From NCBI RefSeq assembly GCF_009617975.1, contig NZ_CP040089.1, forward strand, positions 270,001-302,000: a stretch of DNA of 32,000 bases, read 5' to 3'. The DNA comes from Candidatus Nanohalobium constans. GTDB taxonomy: Archaea; Nanohalarchaeota; Nanosalinia; Nanosalinales; Nanosalinaceae. The notes beneath the pieces are model-generated. The model had not been told where the DNA came from. It saw only the letters and a program-made list of their open reading frames with translations, and searched no databases. A program made the translations under genes and the position numbers. Positions 18,212-27,030 of the stretch are shown here, one piece after another; position 1 is the first letter of the stretch; each line of letters starts with the position of its first letter.

Positions 18212-18868
18212 ATGAAGGGTCAAACACAGGCTGTAACTGCTGTTCTAATCACTGGCGTCATTGTAGGAGGAATTGCTTCGGCTTATGTATGGGGTGTTCC
18301 CCTGATTGAGAAGAGGCAAAGTCAGTCCGAGCTTCAATCAGTGGAGTCAAGCTCCGAGCAGCTCTTGGAAACGATTAGATCTGTCTCTAATGAAGGAAGT
18401 CAGAGCAGCAGTGAAGTTGATTTCTCTTTAAATAATGGACGGGTTGAGGTGAACTCGGAAGAAAACTATATTGATATCATAACTTTCTCAGACTCCTCAA
18501 ATTATCCTAAAGGGTCTTGGAGTCTTCTTGAAGGTAGCAGCCGACAGGGTCTTTCCTTCGGCGCAGGTAAATACGCGTTAAGAGGTGAGGATTCCTCAGG
18601 TGTTCTCGCAGTGAAGGCACGGAAAGGAGGTAACTCTCTTATCAGGTACAGGGTTGAGTTCAGAAACCTCAGGACTGATACTGTTTCTGGCTCCGAGTTA
18701 AGACTGGTGGATTTACAGGTTTCGGGAGCTGATGAGGCATCTGGCGATGTAACGGTTGAATTAACGAATAAAGGCGAAGAAGTGGACTCAGGTGACGACA
18801 GCTTCACCTTGTCAAGCGGCGATGAACTGGTAAGGAGAAGAACTGTAGTGGAGGTCGATCTGAGGTGA
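18212..18868 (+). CDS. class III signal (KGQ-type) pilin-like protein
   Basis: The track ORF 18134-18868 starts at TTG inside the T-tract. The in-frame ATG 18212 gives MKG|QTQAVTAVLITGVIVGGIASAYVW, a short prepilin-type leader. Confidence 0.7.
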   Translation: MKGQTQAVTAVLITGVIVGGIASAYVWGVPLIEKRQSQSELQSVESSSEQLLETIRSVSNEGSQSSSEVDFSLNNGRVEVNSEENYIDIITFSDSSNYPKGSWSLLEGSSRQGLSFGAGKYALRGEDSSGVLAVKARKGGNSLIRYRVEFRNLRTDTVSGSELRLVDLQVSGADEASGDVTVELTNKGEEVDSGDDSFTLSSGDELVRRRTVVEVDLR

Positions 18869-18874
18869 TTCACA

Positions 18875-19288
18875 ATTAAAGGACAGAACCTTGCTGTTGA
18901 AACCGTCTTTACATTTGGCCTTGGGCTTGTAGCAGCCATAGGAATAATAGCTCTGTTCAATAACTACAGGGCGGGCGCCCTAGACTCAGTTGAGCCTGAT
19001 CAAGCAGAAATAATTTCATCAGATCTAAAAACGGGTTTAAACACGGTTTCCCAGACAGGAACCTCGCCTAACAGCAGTTTTTACTATGATGAAAAGTTTC
19101 CTGAAAGATTGGCAGGAAATCAGTATGTTTTAAGACTGGAAGGCGATAGAATACTGGTTGAGTCGGGAGGAGAAACTTACTCTACGCCGCTGACAGGGTT
19201 TAAGGATTATGATTTGTCGGGAAGTATTCGAGGTGGAGAGGCAACTATTTTCAAGAGAGGAAACAATATTAAACTGAGGTCGTCCTGA
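18875..19288 (+). CDS. class III signal pilin-like protein with apparent ATT start codon (absent from ORF track)
   Basis: The frame is open from 18869 to TGA 19286-19288, with no ATG/GTG/TTG before the hydrophobic helix. ATT AAA GGA CAG at 18875 reads (M)KG|QNLAVETVFTFGLGLVAAIGIIALF. GAGGTGAT (18862-18869) lies 6 nt upstream. Confidence 0.55.
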   Translation: MKGQNLAVETVFTFGLGLVAAIGIIALFNNYRAGALDSVEPDQAEIISSDLKTGLNTVSQTGTSPNSSFYYDEKFPERLAGNQYVLRLEGDRILVESGGETYSTPLTGFKDYDLSGSIRGGEATIFKRGNNIKLRSS

Positions 19289-19290
19289 AA

Positions 19291-21003
19291 ATGCCTAATG
19301 CTAACTTGTTAAATATAATTGGAAATCTCAGGAAGGTTAAGCATCCTGAGGCATTTGAGAAGAAGGAAGAGGAGAGCGATGTTGATGAGGGTGAAGGAAT
19401 CGAACTCCCATCGCCTGGAGAGTTCAAGGAGGAGTATGTTGAAGAGACAACGGACGATGAAGATTTAACCGATGTCGATATCACTTATCCATTGGTGCCT
19501 GCTGACCCTGATGAAGGTGAGATGGTGTATGCCTGGGCACATATCCACTGGAATGAAAGAGAAGGAGAGCTCGTCTACGAAGTCGTCGAACCTGAAAGAA
19601 CACCGGAACTGGATCAAAAGATTGAACACATAACCGACATAATGGAGAGATCATTTGACATCGACTTCAACCAGTTAGAGGGCGGTGAAGCCGACGAATA
19701 CCTGACAGAGAAAATAGACATGATAGTAGACAAATACGATATATCACTTACAGATGAGCAGAGAGAAGTTGTCAGGTACTACACTAAAAGAGACTTTGCT
19801 GGACTAGGAAAACTTCAACCATTGATGAACGATACAGAGGTTGAAGATATCTCCTGCGACGGAGTAGACATTCCTGTATACGCATACCACAGAAACCCGC
19901 AGTACGGATCAGTTAAAACAAATATCGAATGGCACAGCCAAGACGAACTGGACAGCTTCGTTATGAAACTGGCACAGAGGTGTGGTAGAAGCATATCCGT
20001 CTCAAGCCCGCTTCTCGACGGTTCGTTACCCGACGGTTCTCGTGTACAGGCAACGCTCGCAACAGATATTGCTAGAAAAGGTTCAAACTTTACTATAAGA
20101 CGTTTCACAGAAGATCCATTGACTCCGATCCACATGATGGACTATGAGACGGAGAACGCTCAGATGCTGTCTTATCTTTGGACTTTGGTAGAACATGGAA
20201 AATCTACGCTTGTATGTGGAACAACAGGAGCAGGAAAGACCTCTCAGTTGAATGCTCTTTCGCTTTTTATCCGTCCTGAGAAGAAGATTGTCTCGATTGA
20301 GGATACACCGGAGCTGCGTCTTCCTCATGATCACTGGGTGCCGGAGGTTGCCCGTTCAGGTTTCGGAAGCAGTGCTGAGTCTGGTGGGGAAGTATCTATG
20401 GACAATCTATTGAAGGAGTCTCTGCGTCAGCGTCCAGAATACATTATTGTTGGTGAGGTTCGTGGTGAGGAAGCCTATATCCTGTTCCAGCAGATGGCTA
20501 CAGGTCACACAGGGCTCTCAACTATCCACGCTGACAGCCTTGAGATGCTTATGGATCGCCTCACAACAGATCCTATTAATCTTTCCGGAAGCCTTATTGA
20601 GACTCTGGACTGTATAATGCTTATTAAGAGGATTAGAAGGGATGGAAGTTATATCCGTCGTATCACCGGGCTTTATGAGGTTCTTGGTTACGATAAGAGG
20701 AGAGGTATTGATTCTAACAAGGTGTTTGGCTGGGATCCGCAGAATGATCAGTACAGGACTGAGAACAAGTCTGTCCTGCTTAAGGATATTGCTGATCAGT
20801 CTGGTATCGATTATTCGAAGATTAAAAGAGATCTTAGGAACAAGCAGCATGTTTTGAACTACATGCAGGAGGAGCAGATCAAGCATTACCGTGAGGTTGG
20901 AGATATCATCTCGAGATATTACAGTGATCCTAAATCAGTGATGGAGGATGTTGGGCAAACATTTAATTCTCAAGATGACGAATTAGAAGTCAAGGATGCT
21001 TGA
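19291..21003 (+). CDS. FlaI/PilB/GspE-family type IV pilus (secretion) ATPase
   Basis: 570 aa. Walker A GTTGAGKTS, Walker B region PEYIIVGEVRGEEA, His box GHTGLSTIHA. It has an acidic N-terminal extension. Confidence 0.92.
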   Translation: MPNANLLNIIGNLRKVKHPEAFEKKEEESDVDEGEGIELPSPGEFKEEYVEETTDDEDLTDVDITYPLVPADPDEGEMVYAWAHIHWNEREGELVYEVVEPERTPELDQKIEHITDIMERSFDIDFNQLEGGEADEYLTEKIDMIVDKYDISLTDEQREVVRYYTKRDFAGLGKLQPLMNDTEVEDISCDGVDIPVYAYHRNPQYGSVKTNIEWHSQDELDSFVMKLAQRCGRSISVSSPLLDGSLPDGSRVQATLATDIARKGSNFTIRRFTEDPLTPIHMMDYETENAQMLSYLWTLVEHGKSTLVCGTTGAGKTSQLNALSLFIRPEKKIVSIEDTPELRLPHDHWVPEVARSGFGSSAESGGEVSMDNLLKESLRQRPEYIIVGEVRGEEAYILFQQMATGHTGLSTIHADSLEMLMDRLTTDPINLSGSLIETLDCIMLIKRIRRDGSYIRRITGLYEVLGYDKRRGIDSNKVFGWDPQNDQYRTENKSVLLKDIADQSGIDYSKIKRDLRNKQHVLNYMQEEQIKHYREVGDIISRYYSDPKSVMEDVGQTFNSQDDELEVKDA

Positions 21004-21871
21004 AGATTACTCTGATTTCTGCTACGAAGCAGTAGGTAGCATAGCCTTAAAGTATATAGACAACTTTGAAGGCTTAAGAAGACAGTTATCCAAGGCTAAC
21101 ATAGAGATAACCTTGCCAGAGTATGTAAGCATGATGTTTTTCACATCAGCCGCGGTTGCGGTAGGCTCCCTCCTGTTCTTTGGATTAATTTTTACCTTGT
21201 CCATGGGACTACCCGGACTGGTGTTTGCGTTTGTTTTAACAATGATACTGGGCTCTTTTTCTGCTGCAGCGTTTTATCTCTATCCGGGTATAATGATGAA
21301 GAGCAGAGCATCTAAAATCAGGGATACCTTACCTTTCGCCACAATGTATCTTTCAACCTTGGCAGGTACAGGAACTTCACTTCCTGAGATCTTCAAGAAC
21401 CTGGCAGAAGTAGATGAATACGGTGAAGTATCCAAAGAGGCGGAGAAAATTTCAAGAGACATAGAAACATTTGGAATGGATGCAGGTGAAGCAATGGAGA
21501 GAGCAGCAAACAGAACACCGAGCGAGGATTTCAAAGAGCTTGTATGGGGAATAAACCATGTTATAACTACTGGAGGATCTTTGAAGCAGTTTTTACAACA
21601 GAGATCTGAGCGCTTGATGGAAGACTACCGTAGAAGAGTTGAGGAATTCTCGGAGCAGCTTTCATTGCTTGTTGAAATGTATATAACTGTTATAATCGTA
21701 GGTTCGATTATTTTCACTTCCATGACGGCTGTAATAAGCTCTTTCTCCTCCAGTATATCGCCCAGTCTCTTGGTTAATATACAGGTTGTAGCAGTATTCT
21801 TTGGAATCCCTATGATTTCGGCAATGTTCATAATACTGGTTGATGGCATGTCACCAGGAGGTATAAGATAA
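20996..21871 (+). CDS. type IV pilus platform protein, FlaJ/PilC/TadB-like (corresponds to the N-terminal T2SSF half)
   Basis: 291 aa. TM pair, then the cytoplasmic domain LPFATMYLSTLAGTGTSLPEIFKNLAEV...GMDAGEAMERAANRTPS...TTGGSLKQFL, then TMs. Overlaps the ATPase gene by 8 nt. Confidence 0.8.
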   Translation: MLEDYSDFCYEAVGSIALKYIDNFEGLRRQLSKANIEITLPEYVSMMFFTSAAVAVGSLLFFGLIFTLSMGLPGLVFAFVLTMILGSFSAAAFYLYPGIMMKSRASKIRDTLPFATMYLSTLAGTGTSLPEIFKNLAEVDEYGEVSKEAEKISRDIETFGMDAGEAMERAANRTPSEDFKELVWGINHVITTGGSLKQFLQQRSERLMEDYRRRVEEFSEQLSLLVEMYITVIIVGSIIFTSMTAVISSFSSSISPSLLVNIQVVAVFFGIPMISAMFIILVDGMSPGGIR

Positions 21872-22902
21872 TGGACTTCTTCACAGACGACGAGTACGAA
21901 CCAGGCTACTCGATAGAGCAGAAGGTAATCTACGGATCCCTAGGCATAGGCGGAGGAATAACGATCACAGGGATGATGATATACTTCCTAGGCTCTGTAA
22001 GGGTTGGAGGAGCCCTACTAATACTTGGAATGATAGCTGGTCTCCTTCCGTACGGCGTCCTAAGCTTCCTGAAAAACCGGGCGGTCAGAGAAATGGAGAA
22101 CCAGTTCCCATCATTCCTGAACGACCTAGCAGAATCAAAGAGGGGAGGTATGACGATACTGAAAGCCTTCGAATCAGCTAAGGACACCGACTACGGAAGA
22201 CTGAACTCCGAGGTCGAAAAAGTACATACAGACCTCACATGGGGAATACCTTTCCCAGAAGTAATGGAAAGATTCTCAAAAAGAATGAAAGCAAGCCCTG
22301 TAATCCAGGAATCTCTCTCCATCATTATCCAGAGCTTTCAGAGCGGAGGAAACATCACAGACACAATCGAGTCCGTAGCAGAAAATGCTTCCGACCTAAA
22401 AGAAGTACTACAGAGCAAGAGATCCCAGCTTAAGCAACAGCTCTTCATAATGTATATTATCTACTTCCTGTTTATAGGGATTACAATAGGAATCTATGTC
22501 ATGCTTTCACAGCTTCTCGGACTTGGAAGTCAGGAAGCTGGGGCACTTCAGGGAATAGGAGAAGTCTTGGGTGGTGACGGAGGGTCGGCAGGACCGACAA
22601 ACTTCTGCGGAAAAGATATTCTAGCCGCCAGACCTTTCTGCTCAACAGCCAAGATATTCGGATTCATACCCACTAATATCACAGATCTTGGTAGCAGCTA
22701 CGCCACCAAGTACGCTTACGGAAAGATGGCATACTACAAATCGCTGCTTTTCACCATGCTCATGGTTCAAGGAATGTGTACCGCAGCAGTATCAGGACAG
22801 ATAAGCGAGGGAAGCCCTTCAGCAGGAGTAAAACACGCAATCATAATGATGCCAATAGCGTTCATAGTATTCATGCTGGTCCTAAGACCTATGGGGGTGT
22901 AG
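21871..22902 (+). CDS. type IV pilus platform protein, FlaJ/PilC/TadC-like (corresponds to the C-terminal T2SSF half)
   Basis: 343 aa. FPSFLNDLAESKRGGMTILKAFESA...WGIPFPEVMERFSKRM...QSGGNITDTIESVA, then TMs. TAATG overlap with the previous gene, in a different frame. Confidence 0.8.
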   Translation: MDFFTDDEYEPGYSIEQKVIYGSLGIGGGITITGMMIYFLGSVRVGGALLILGMIAGLLPYGVLSFLKNRAVREMENQFPSFLNDLAESKRGGMTILKAFESAKDTDYGRLNSEVEKVHTDLTWGIPFPEVMERFSKRMKASPVIQESLSIIIQSFQSGGNITDTIESVAENASDLKEVLQSKRSQLKQQLFIMYIIYFLFIGITIGIYVMLSQLLGLGSQEAGALQGIGEVLGGDGGSAGPTNFCGKDILAARPFCSTAKIFGFIPTNITDLGSSYATKYAYGKMAYYKSLLFTMLMVQGMCTAAVSGQISEGSPSAGVKHAIIMMPIAFIVFMLVLRPMGV

Positions 22903-22905
22903 AAA

Positions 22906-23757
22906 ATGCCTTCAACTAAGGGACAGTCCACAATCGAATTCCTCGGAGGAATGTTCATAGTAATACTGGCATTGGTAGCCGCCCTGTCAGCCAACTCCGG
23001 TAAAATACCTGAGTTTGAGTCAAGCGTCGAACAATCCGCCAGAAACATGGAGATATACTCGCTTACAGAAAAAATACTGAGCAAACCAGGATACCATACT
23101 AATGGAACGGGGGGTACAGAGTGGGAAGACAATATATCCCATACCTCGGAGTTTGGACTGGCTAAAGACTACCTCGTTCTAGAAAAAGAGAAAATCGATG
23201 CACTGCAAACCACCGGCGATTCAAGCTTCAACTACAGCCAGTTCAAAAAAGTTACAGGAGCTGACAACCAGTACCACTTCACATTCATCTGGCAGCCAAT
23301 AGTTGAAACATCAAACTCATTCACCAGAACAGAACCTGAAAACGGTATAGACGAGCCCGGCACCACAGGAAATCCGGACCCACTTTACTCCCAAGCTGAA
23401 AACAGGGTGCACTACGGAAACTTCACAATACAAGCACAGACCTACTGGTTCCTGGTAACAGCCCATGACGGAGTTTACAACACTACAAGAATCTCCACAG
23501 ACAAGGACTTTGACTCTGAGTTGACACTAGGAACAGGAGACACATACAGTTTAGCAGGTACAGAATTTGAACTTCAGCGGTTCCAAAACCGGGAAAGAAA
23601 GCCTGGAGCCGCAGTAGTACTCTCAAATGAGCTTAAATCCTTCGGACCATCATCAGAAAACGTAGATCAAAGTGTAACCAAACTCAACCGCTACGCTGTC
23701 CTTGAAGAGCCTTTAACAGATTCTGAGCCAATAAGAATTGAGGTATTATCATGGTAA
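22906..23757 (+). CDS. class III signal peptide (PF04021-like) pilin-like protein
   Basis: 283 aa. MPSTKG|QSTIEFLGGMFIVILALVAALSA, with Glu at +5 after the predicted cleavage site. Confidence 0.8.
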   Translation: MPSTKGQSTIEFLGGMFIVILALVAALSANSGKIPEFESSVEQSARNMEIYSLTEKILSKPGYHTNGTGGTEWEDNISHTSEFGLAKDYLVLEKEKIDALQTTGDSSFNYSQFKKVTGADNQYHFTFIWQPIVETSNSFTRTEPENGIDEPGTTGNPDPLYSQAENRVHYGNFTIQAQTYWFLVTAHDGVYNTTRISTDKDFDSELTLGTGDTYSLAGTEFELQRFQNRERKPGAAVVLSNELKSFGPSSENVDQSVTKLNRYAVLEEPLTDSEPIRIEVLSW

Positions 23758-25529
23758 AGAAAAAAGGACTAGGATATTCGATCGAGGCAATTGTAGCGAT
23801 TGCAACAGTTTTCATATTCATCTTTGGCGCTGTCAACGTACCTCAAGGACAGGACTGGAACAGCTTCAGAAGCCAGGTATCTGCCAACGACTTAACATAC
23901 ACTCTTCAAGAAGCAGGATACATAAACCATGCTTTAAGAAACGGCGAGACAGGATCTATCCAGACAGCTTTCTCAACTATAACAGAGAGAGACGTAGAGG
24001 TATCAGGATTGGTCTCCAACCTTCCAATAAACGATAACCGCGTAGCTTTCCACGTAGTTAACTCAGACAGGTACAATCAAAACCTGGATGAAGTTGAATC
24101 AAGCGATAAATGTGAAGGGGATTTAGAAGAGATAAAATCCAGGTCAGATCAACCTGTTCTAAGATCTGAAGGAGGATTAGAGAACAACCGTCTCTACATA
24201 GGTGATCTAGATCCTCAGATAAGCGGAGGTAACTCTGAACAGGACTACGACTCGGTATGGGTCGACAACGGTACAAAATGCCAGTTCTCTAACAGCGAGG
24301 GACCTTTCAACATTGAAGAGATTTTCAAATGGGATAACAACTACTATGATATTAAATCAATTGAATCTGACAAGTTAAGGATCTACAATGCTACACAGCC
24401 AGTCAGATTTAGGGACATGTTCGATCGTGATGTTAACAGTGTTAAGACGTTTACTTCTGTTGATACTGTTAACTTTACCCGTCTCGACAGAAGAAGCTAT
24501 GATACTGCAGTCATAAGAAGAGAGGAAGCAGTTCAAGAGATCGACACTGATACCGATAAGAGGGAAAAGTTTGAAAACTTCCTGAAACAGGGATCAGCTC
24601 TAATTTTAGCTAATCTGTCAAGCAGCAGTTTTGAAAACGGTGACTTCCTAGATGATACCGGGTTTGAATACGTTGATGTCTCATATCAGGGTTCCTATGA
24701 TGGAGACTCGGCAGAATCAGGTTTTGATTCAAGTACGTCCGCTCAAGAAGCACAAACCAGTTTCCTGGGCTTGGAGGGAGAAGAAGACAATCTGGAGATG
24801 GCTCCTTCAACCAAGGTCATATCTGACACTGAGAGAACACTGGAATCTGGAAAGGCACTGGTTAAATCCTCTAAGCTCTACGACTTCAGCGAGTGGAACA
24901 GGGAAAAACAGAACATGAACTCTGTAACTCCAGAGGAGGTAGAAGGAAAGCCTGACAGCAAATGCCTAGACAATAAACCAGAGGCATTGACAGAGGCAGT
25001 CTTCGACTTCCCGGATTTTGATTACAACGTGTTGAACGCGGAACTAGGTACATCCGATAGTTACTGCAACAACAATAACGTCAGAGCGGTAAAGGTTGAC
25101 CTAGATCGTGATGGAGACTACTTAGATGAGAATGAAGGTCCGTTCCTGAACGGTGATCAAATCACTATAGATAACAGAGTCTACAACCTGAACATTACAG
25201 TATACGACCCTGATCCGAATATAGGCTGCGACCAAGAAGGAGGCTGCGTAAGTTTCGAATACCGAGGAGATGAAAAAGTCGAAGTCATTCCTAGGAGAAG
25301 ATCTCTCAAAAACCTGCCCTCCGGAGGAAAAATAGCCTTAACCTCATACAGACAGAATTATGACGCTGAAAGCTTGAAGGCGATTGTATCTACTATTTAC
25401 TGGCTTAGAGGCAGCCAAACAAGTTTCACAGGGCAGAAAACTCCGGGCGAAACATCTACGAAAACCTACTCAAGCATCAAAGAGGAAACATATCTTCCAT
25501 ACGAAATAAACTTCAGGTGGGGTCAGTGA
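23751..25529 (+). CDS. large (592 aa) pilin-like protein with class III-type N-terminus and acidic extracellular domain
   Basis: MVKKKG|LGYSIEAIVAIATVFIFIFGAV. Overlaps the previous gene by 7 nt. The large D/E/N-rich domain has several Cys. Confidence 0.7.
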   Translation: MVKKKGLGYSIEAIVAIATVFIFIFGAVNVPQGQDWNSFRSQVSANDLTYTLQEAGYINHALRNGETGSIQTAFSTITERDVEVSGLVSNLPINDNRVAFHVVNSDRYNQNLDEVESSDKCEGDLEEIKSRSDQPVLRSEGGLENNRLYIGDLDPQISGGNSEQDYDSVWVDNGTKCQFSNSEGPFNIEEIFKWDNNYYDIKSIESDKLRIYNATQPVRFRDMFDRDVNSVKTFTSVDTVNFTRLDRRSYDTAVIRREEAVQEIDTDTDKREKFENFLKQGSALILANLSSSSFENGDFLDDTGFEYVDVSYQGSYDGDSAESGFDSSTSAQEAQTSFLGLEGEEDNLEMAPSTKVISDTERTLESGKALVKSSKLYDFSEWNREKQNMNSVTPEEVEGKPDSKCLDNKPEALTEAVFDFPDFDYNVLNAELGTSDSYCNNNNVRAVKVDLDRDGDYLDENEGPFLNGDQITIDNRVYNLNITVYDPDPNIGCDQEGGCVSFEYRGDEKVEVIPRRRSLKNLPSGGKIALTSYRQNYDAESLKAIVSTIYWLRGSQTSFTGQKTPGETSTKTYSSIKEETYLPYEINFRWGQ

Positions 25530-25846
25530 ATAAAGGACAGTTCATGATCATATCCGTAATAATAGCAAGCCTCATCACCATAAGCCTAGCAGCAACCATA
25601 TCACAGATCCAGCTACAGAGACACAATGTAGAAGAAACCTCGCTTCATACAAACAAAATAGAGACGGAAATAGAGAAAATAACAGCCGATGGCGTAATAA
25701 CAACTAAAGAGGAAAGAAACTTCAGAAAACTACTGGGATACATCGACAACTACGAGACAGAACCGGTATTCAACCACTCAGGTCCATGCATCAAAGTAAA
25801 AATGCGGTCCACAGACCGCAGAATAGAAACAGAATGCATCAACTAG
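25526..25846 (+). CDS. small pilin-like protein
   Basis: The track ORF starts at GTG 25517. GTG 25526 (GTGA overlap with the upstream stop) gives (M)NKG|QFMIISVIIASLITISLAA. It ends in a CTAG shared with the convergent rfcL stop. Confidence 0.6.
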   Translation: MNKGQFMIISVIIASLITISLAATISQIQLQRHNVEETSLHTNKIETEIEKITADGVITTKEERNFRKLLGYIDNYETEPVFNHSGPCIKVKMRSTDRRIETECIN

Positions 25847-27030
25847 AAGCCATGGATAAACTCAACTTCCTCATCCTCCAGCTCCAACTGACCCTGAAGA
25901 CCATCATAATGATCAAGGAAATCACCAAACATAGGAAGAGAAGACTTCACATCCCTCTGCGACATATGCAGCTTCTCACCCATCTTTGAAGAAATACTGT
26001 CAAGCTTGTTCCTAGCAGCTCTCGAACTTCCCATCCTCTGAATCTTCGACGGATATTGATACTTCGTCCAACCACTGTACTTCTCATCCTTCGCCAACGC
26101 TACACCAACTGTAGAAAACTGGAAAACATACTTCATCAACTTCCAGTTCATCCTCTTCCTAATCCTGCCATTGAACAGATCTGCCTCCGAAATCCAATAA
26201 TAAGCACGAGCCAAATCCTCACTCCTCTGATACTCTCGAGGAGCATTCTCCCTGATCCACTGCAAAAAAGTATCCGCATCCTCATCCAAATTCTGCGTAG
26301 CCTGATTAGCAGTTGACGCAGTAGAAGTCTTAAACACGATTTTCAAAGCATCAAAGATATCCTGCCGATCGTCACGAGAAGCCTGCTGCTTAACATCCTC
26401 AACAGTCAACTTCTCCCTTCCAAGCGCCAATGCTTGTAAGTCGTTAATCGCTGACCGCATCTGTCCGCCAGCACTCCTGGCAATCCTCTTCGGAGCACCA
26501 TCCTCATAATCAATACCTTCGTTGTCTAGTATTTCACGGAGATGAGCAGCAATACTGTTAGTATGTACGGAATCCAGTTTAATTTCCTTTGCTCGGTTCC
26601 TCAAAGATCGGATACTTTGATCATACGCATCGTTTGCTGTCATGATTACCGGGAAGCGTGAATTATCTACTATGTTTCCAATTTCCTTGACGCCACCTCT
26701 ATCCGAGTTGCCAGACATGCCGTCAACTTCGTCGATCAGTATCAGTTTTTTGCCGCCGTAGAAAGATTGCTGAAGAGTAGCCTCTTTCAACTCTTCCTTT
26801 AATTTTTTCTTGGTTCTTACATCGGAAGCATTCGTCTCAACGAGTTCATAACCTACATCGTTCGCAAGAGCTTCAACAAGAGAGGTCTTACCGGTTCCTG
26901 CCTGTCCATGAAGCAGTACAGGTTTATCTCCCTGTTCCCAGTCTTCTATCCATTCCTGAAGTTCTTTTTTCTCACTGGATGCTCCTCTGTACTCATCCAG
27001 CGTTTCCGGCCTATATTTCTGTACCCACAT
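25843..27030 (-). CDS. rfcL: replication factor C large subunit
   Basis: The track ORF runs to TTG 27099. ATG at 27028-27030 gives the canonical MWVQKYRPETLDEY. Walker A GQAGTGKTS and DEVD box are present. Confidence 0.88.
   Translation of the reverse strand: MWVQKYRPETLDEYRGASSEKKELQEWIEDWEQGDKPVLLHGQAGTGKTSLVEALANDVGYELVETNASDVRTKKKLKEELKEATLQQSFYGGKKLILIDEVDGMSGNSDRGGVKEIGNIVDNSRFPVIMTANDAYDQSIRSLRNRAKEIKLDSVHTNSIAAHLREILDNEGIDYEDGAPKRIARSAGGQMRSAINDLQALALGREKLTVEDVKQQASRDDRQDIFDALKIVFKTSTASTANQATQNLDEDADTFLQWIRENAPREYQRSEDLARAYYWISEADLFNGRIRKRMNWKLMKYVFQFSTVGVALAKDEKYSGWTKYQYPSKIQRMGSSRAARNKLDSISSKMGEKLHMSQRDVKSSLPMFGDFLDHYDGLQGQLELEDEEVEFIHGF

Noticed and set aside
18866-18868. TGA read-through (Sec/Trp recoding) fusing 18212-18868 with the downstream 139 codons.
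   Set aside because: The downstream frame begins with its own KGQ plus hydrophobic prepilin-type N-terminus and has a strong SD just upstream. That fits an independent protein better than an internal segment. I saw no SECIS-like evidence.
16994-25846. Interpretation of the locus as an archaellum (fla) operon.
   Set aside because: The pilin-like proteins lack the flagellin core I would expect. I also see no FlaH (KaiC-like), FlaF/FlaG or FlaC/D/E-like genes between the structural genes and the ATPase.
25843-25846. CTAG shared by the convergent stops of the last pilin-like gene and rfcL, as a possible regulatory overlap.
   Set aside because: A 4-nt palindromic stop/stop overlap is a trivial consequence of genome compaction. 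The same tight packing is seen at 5708/5709 and 2367-2374.
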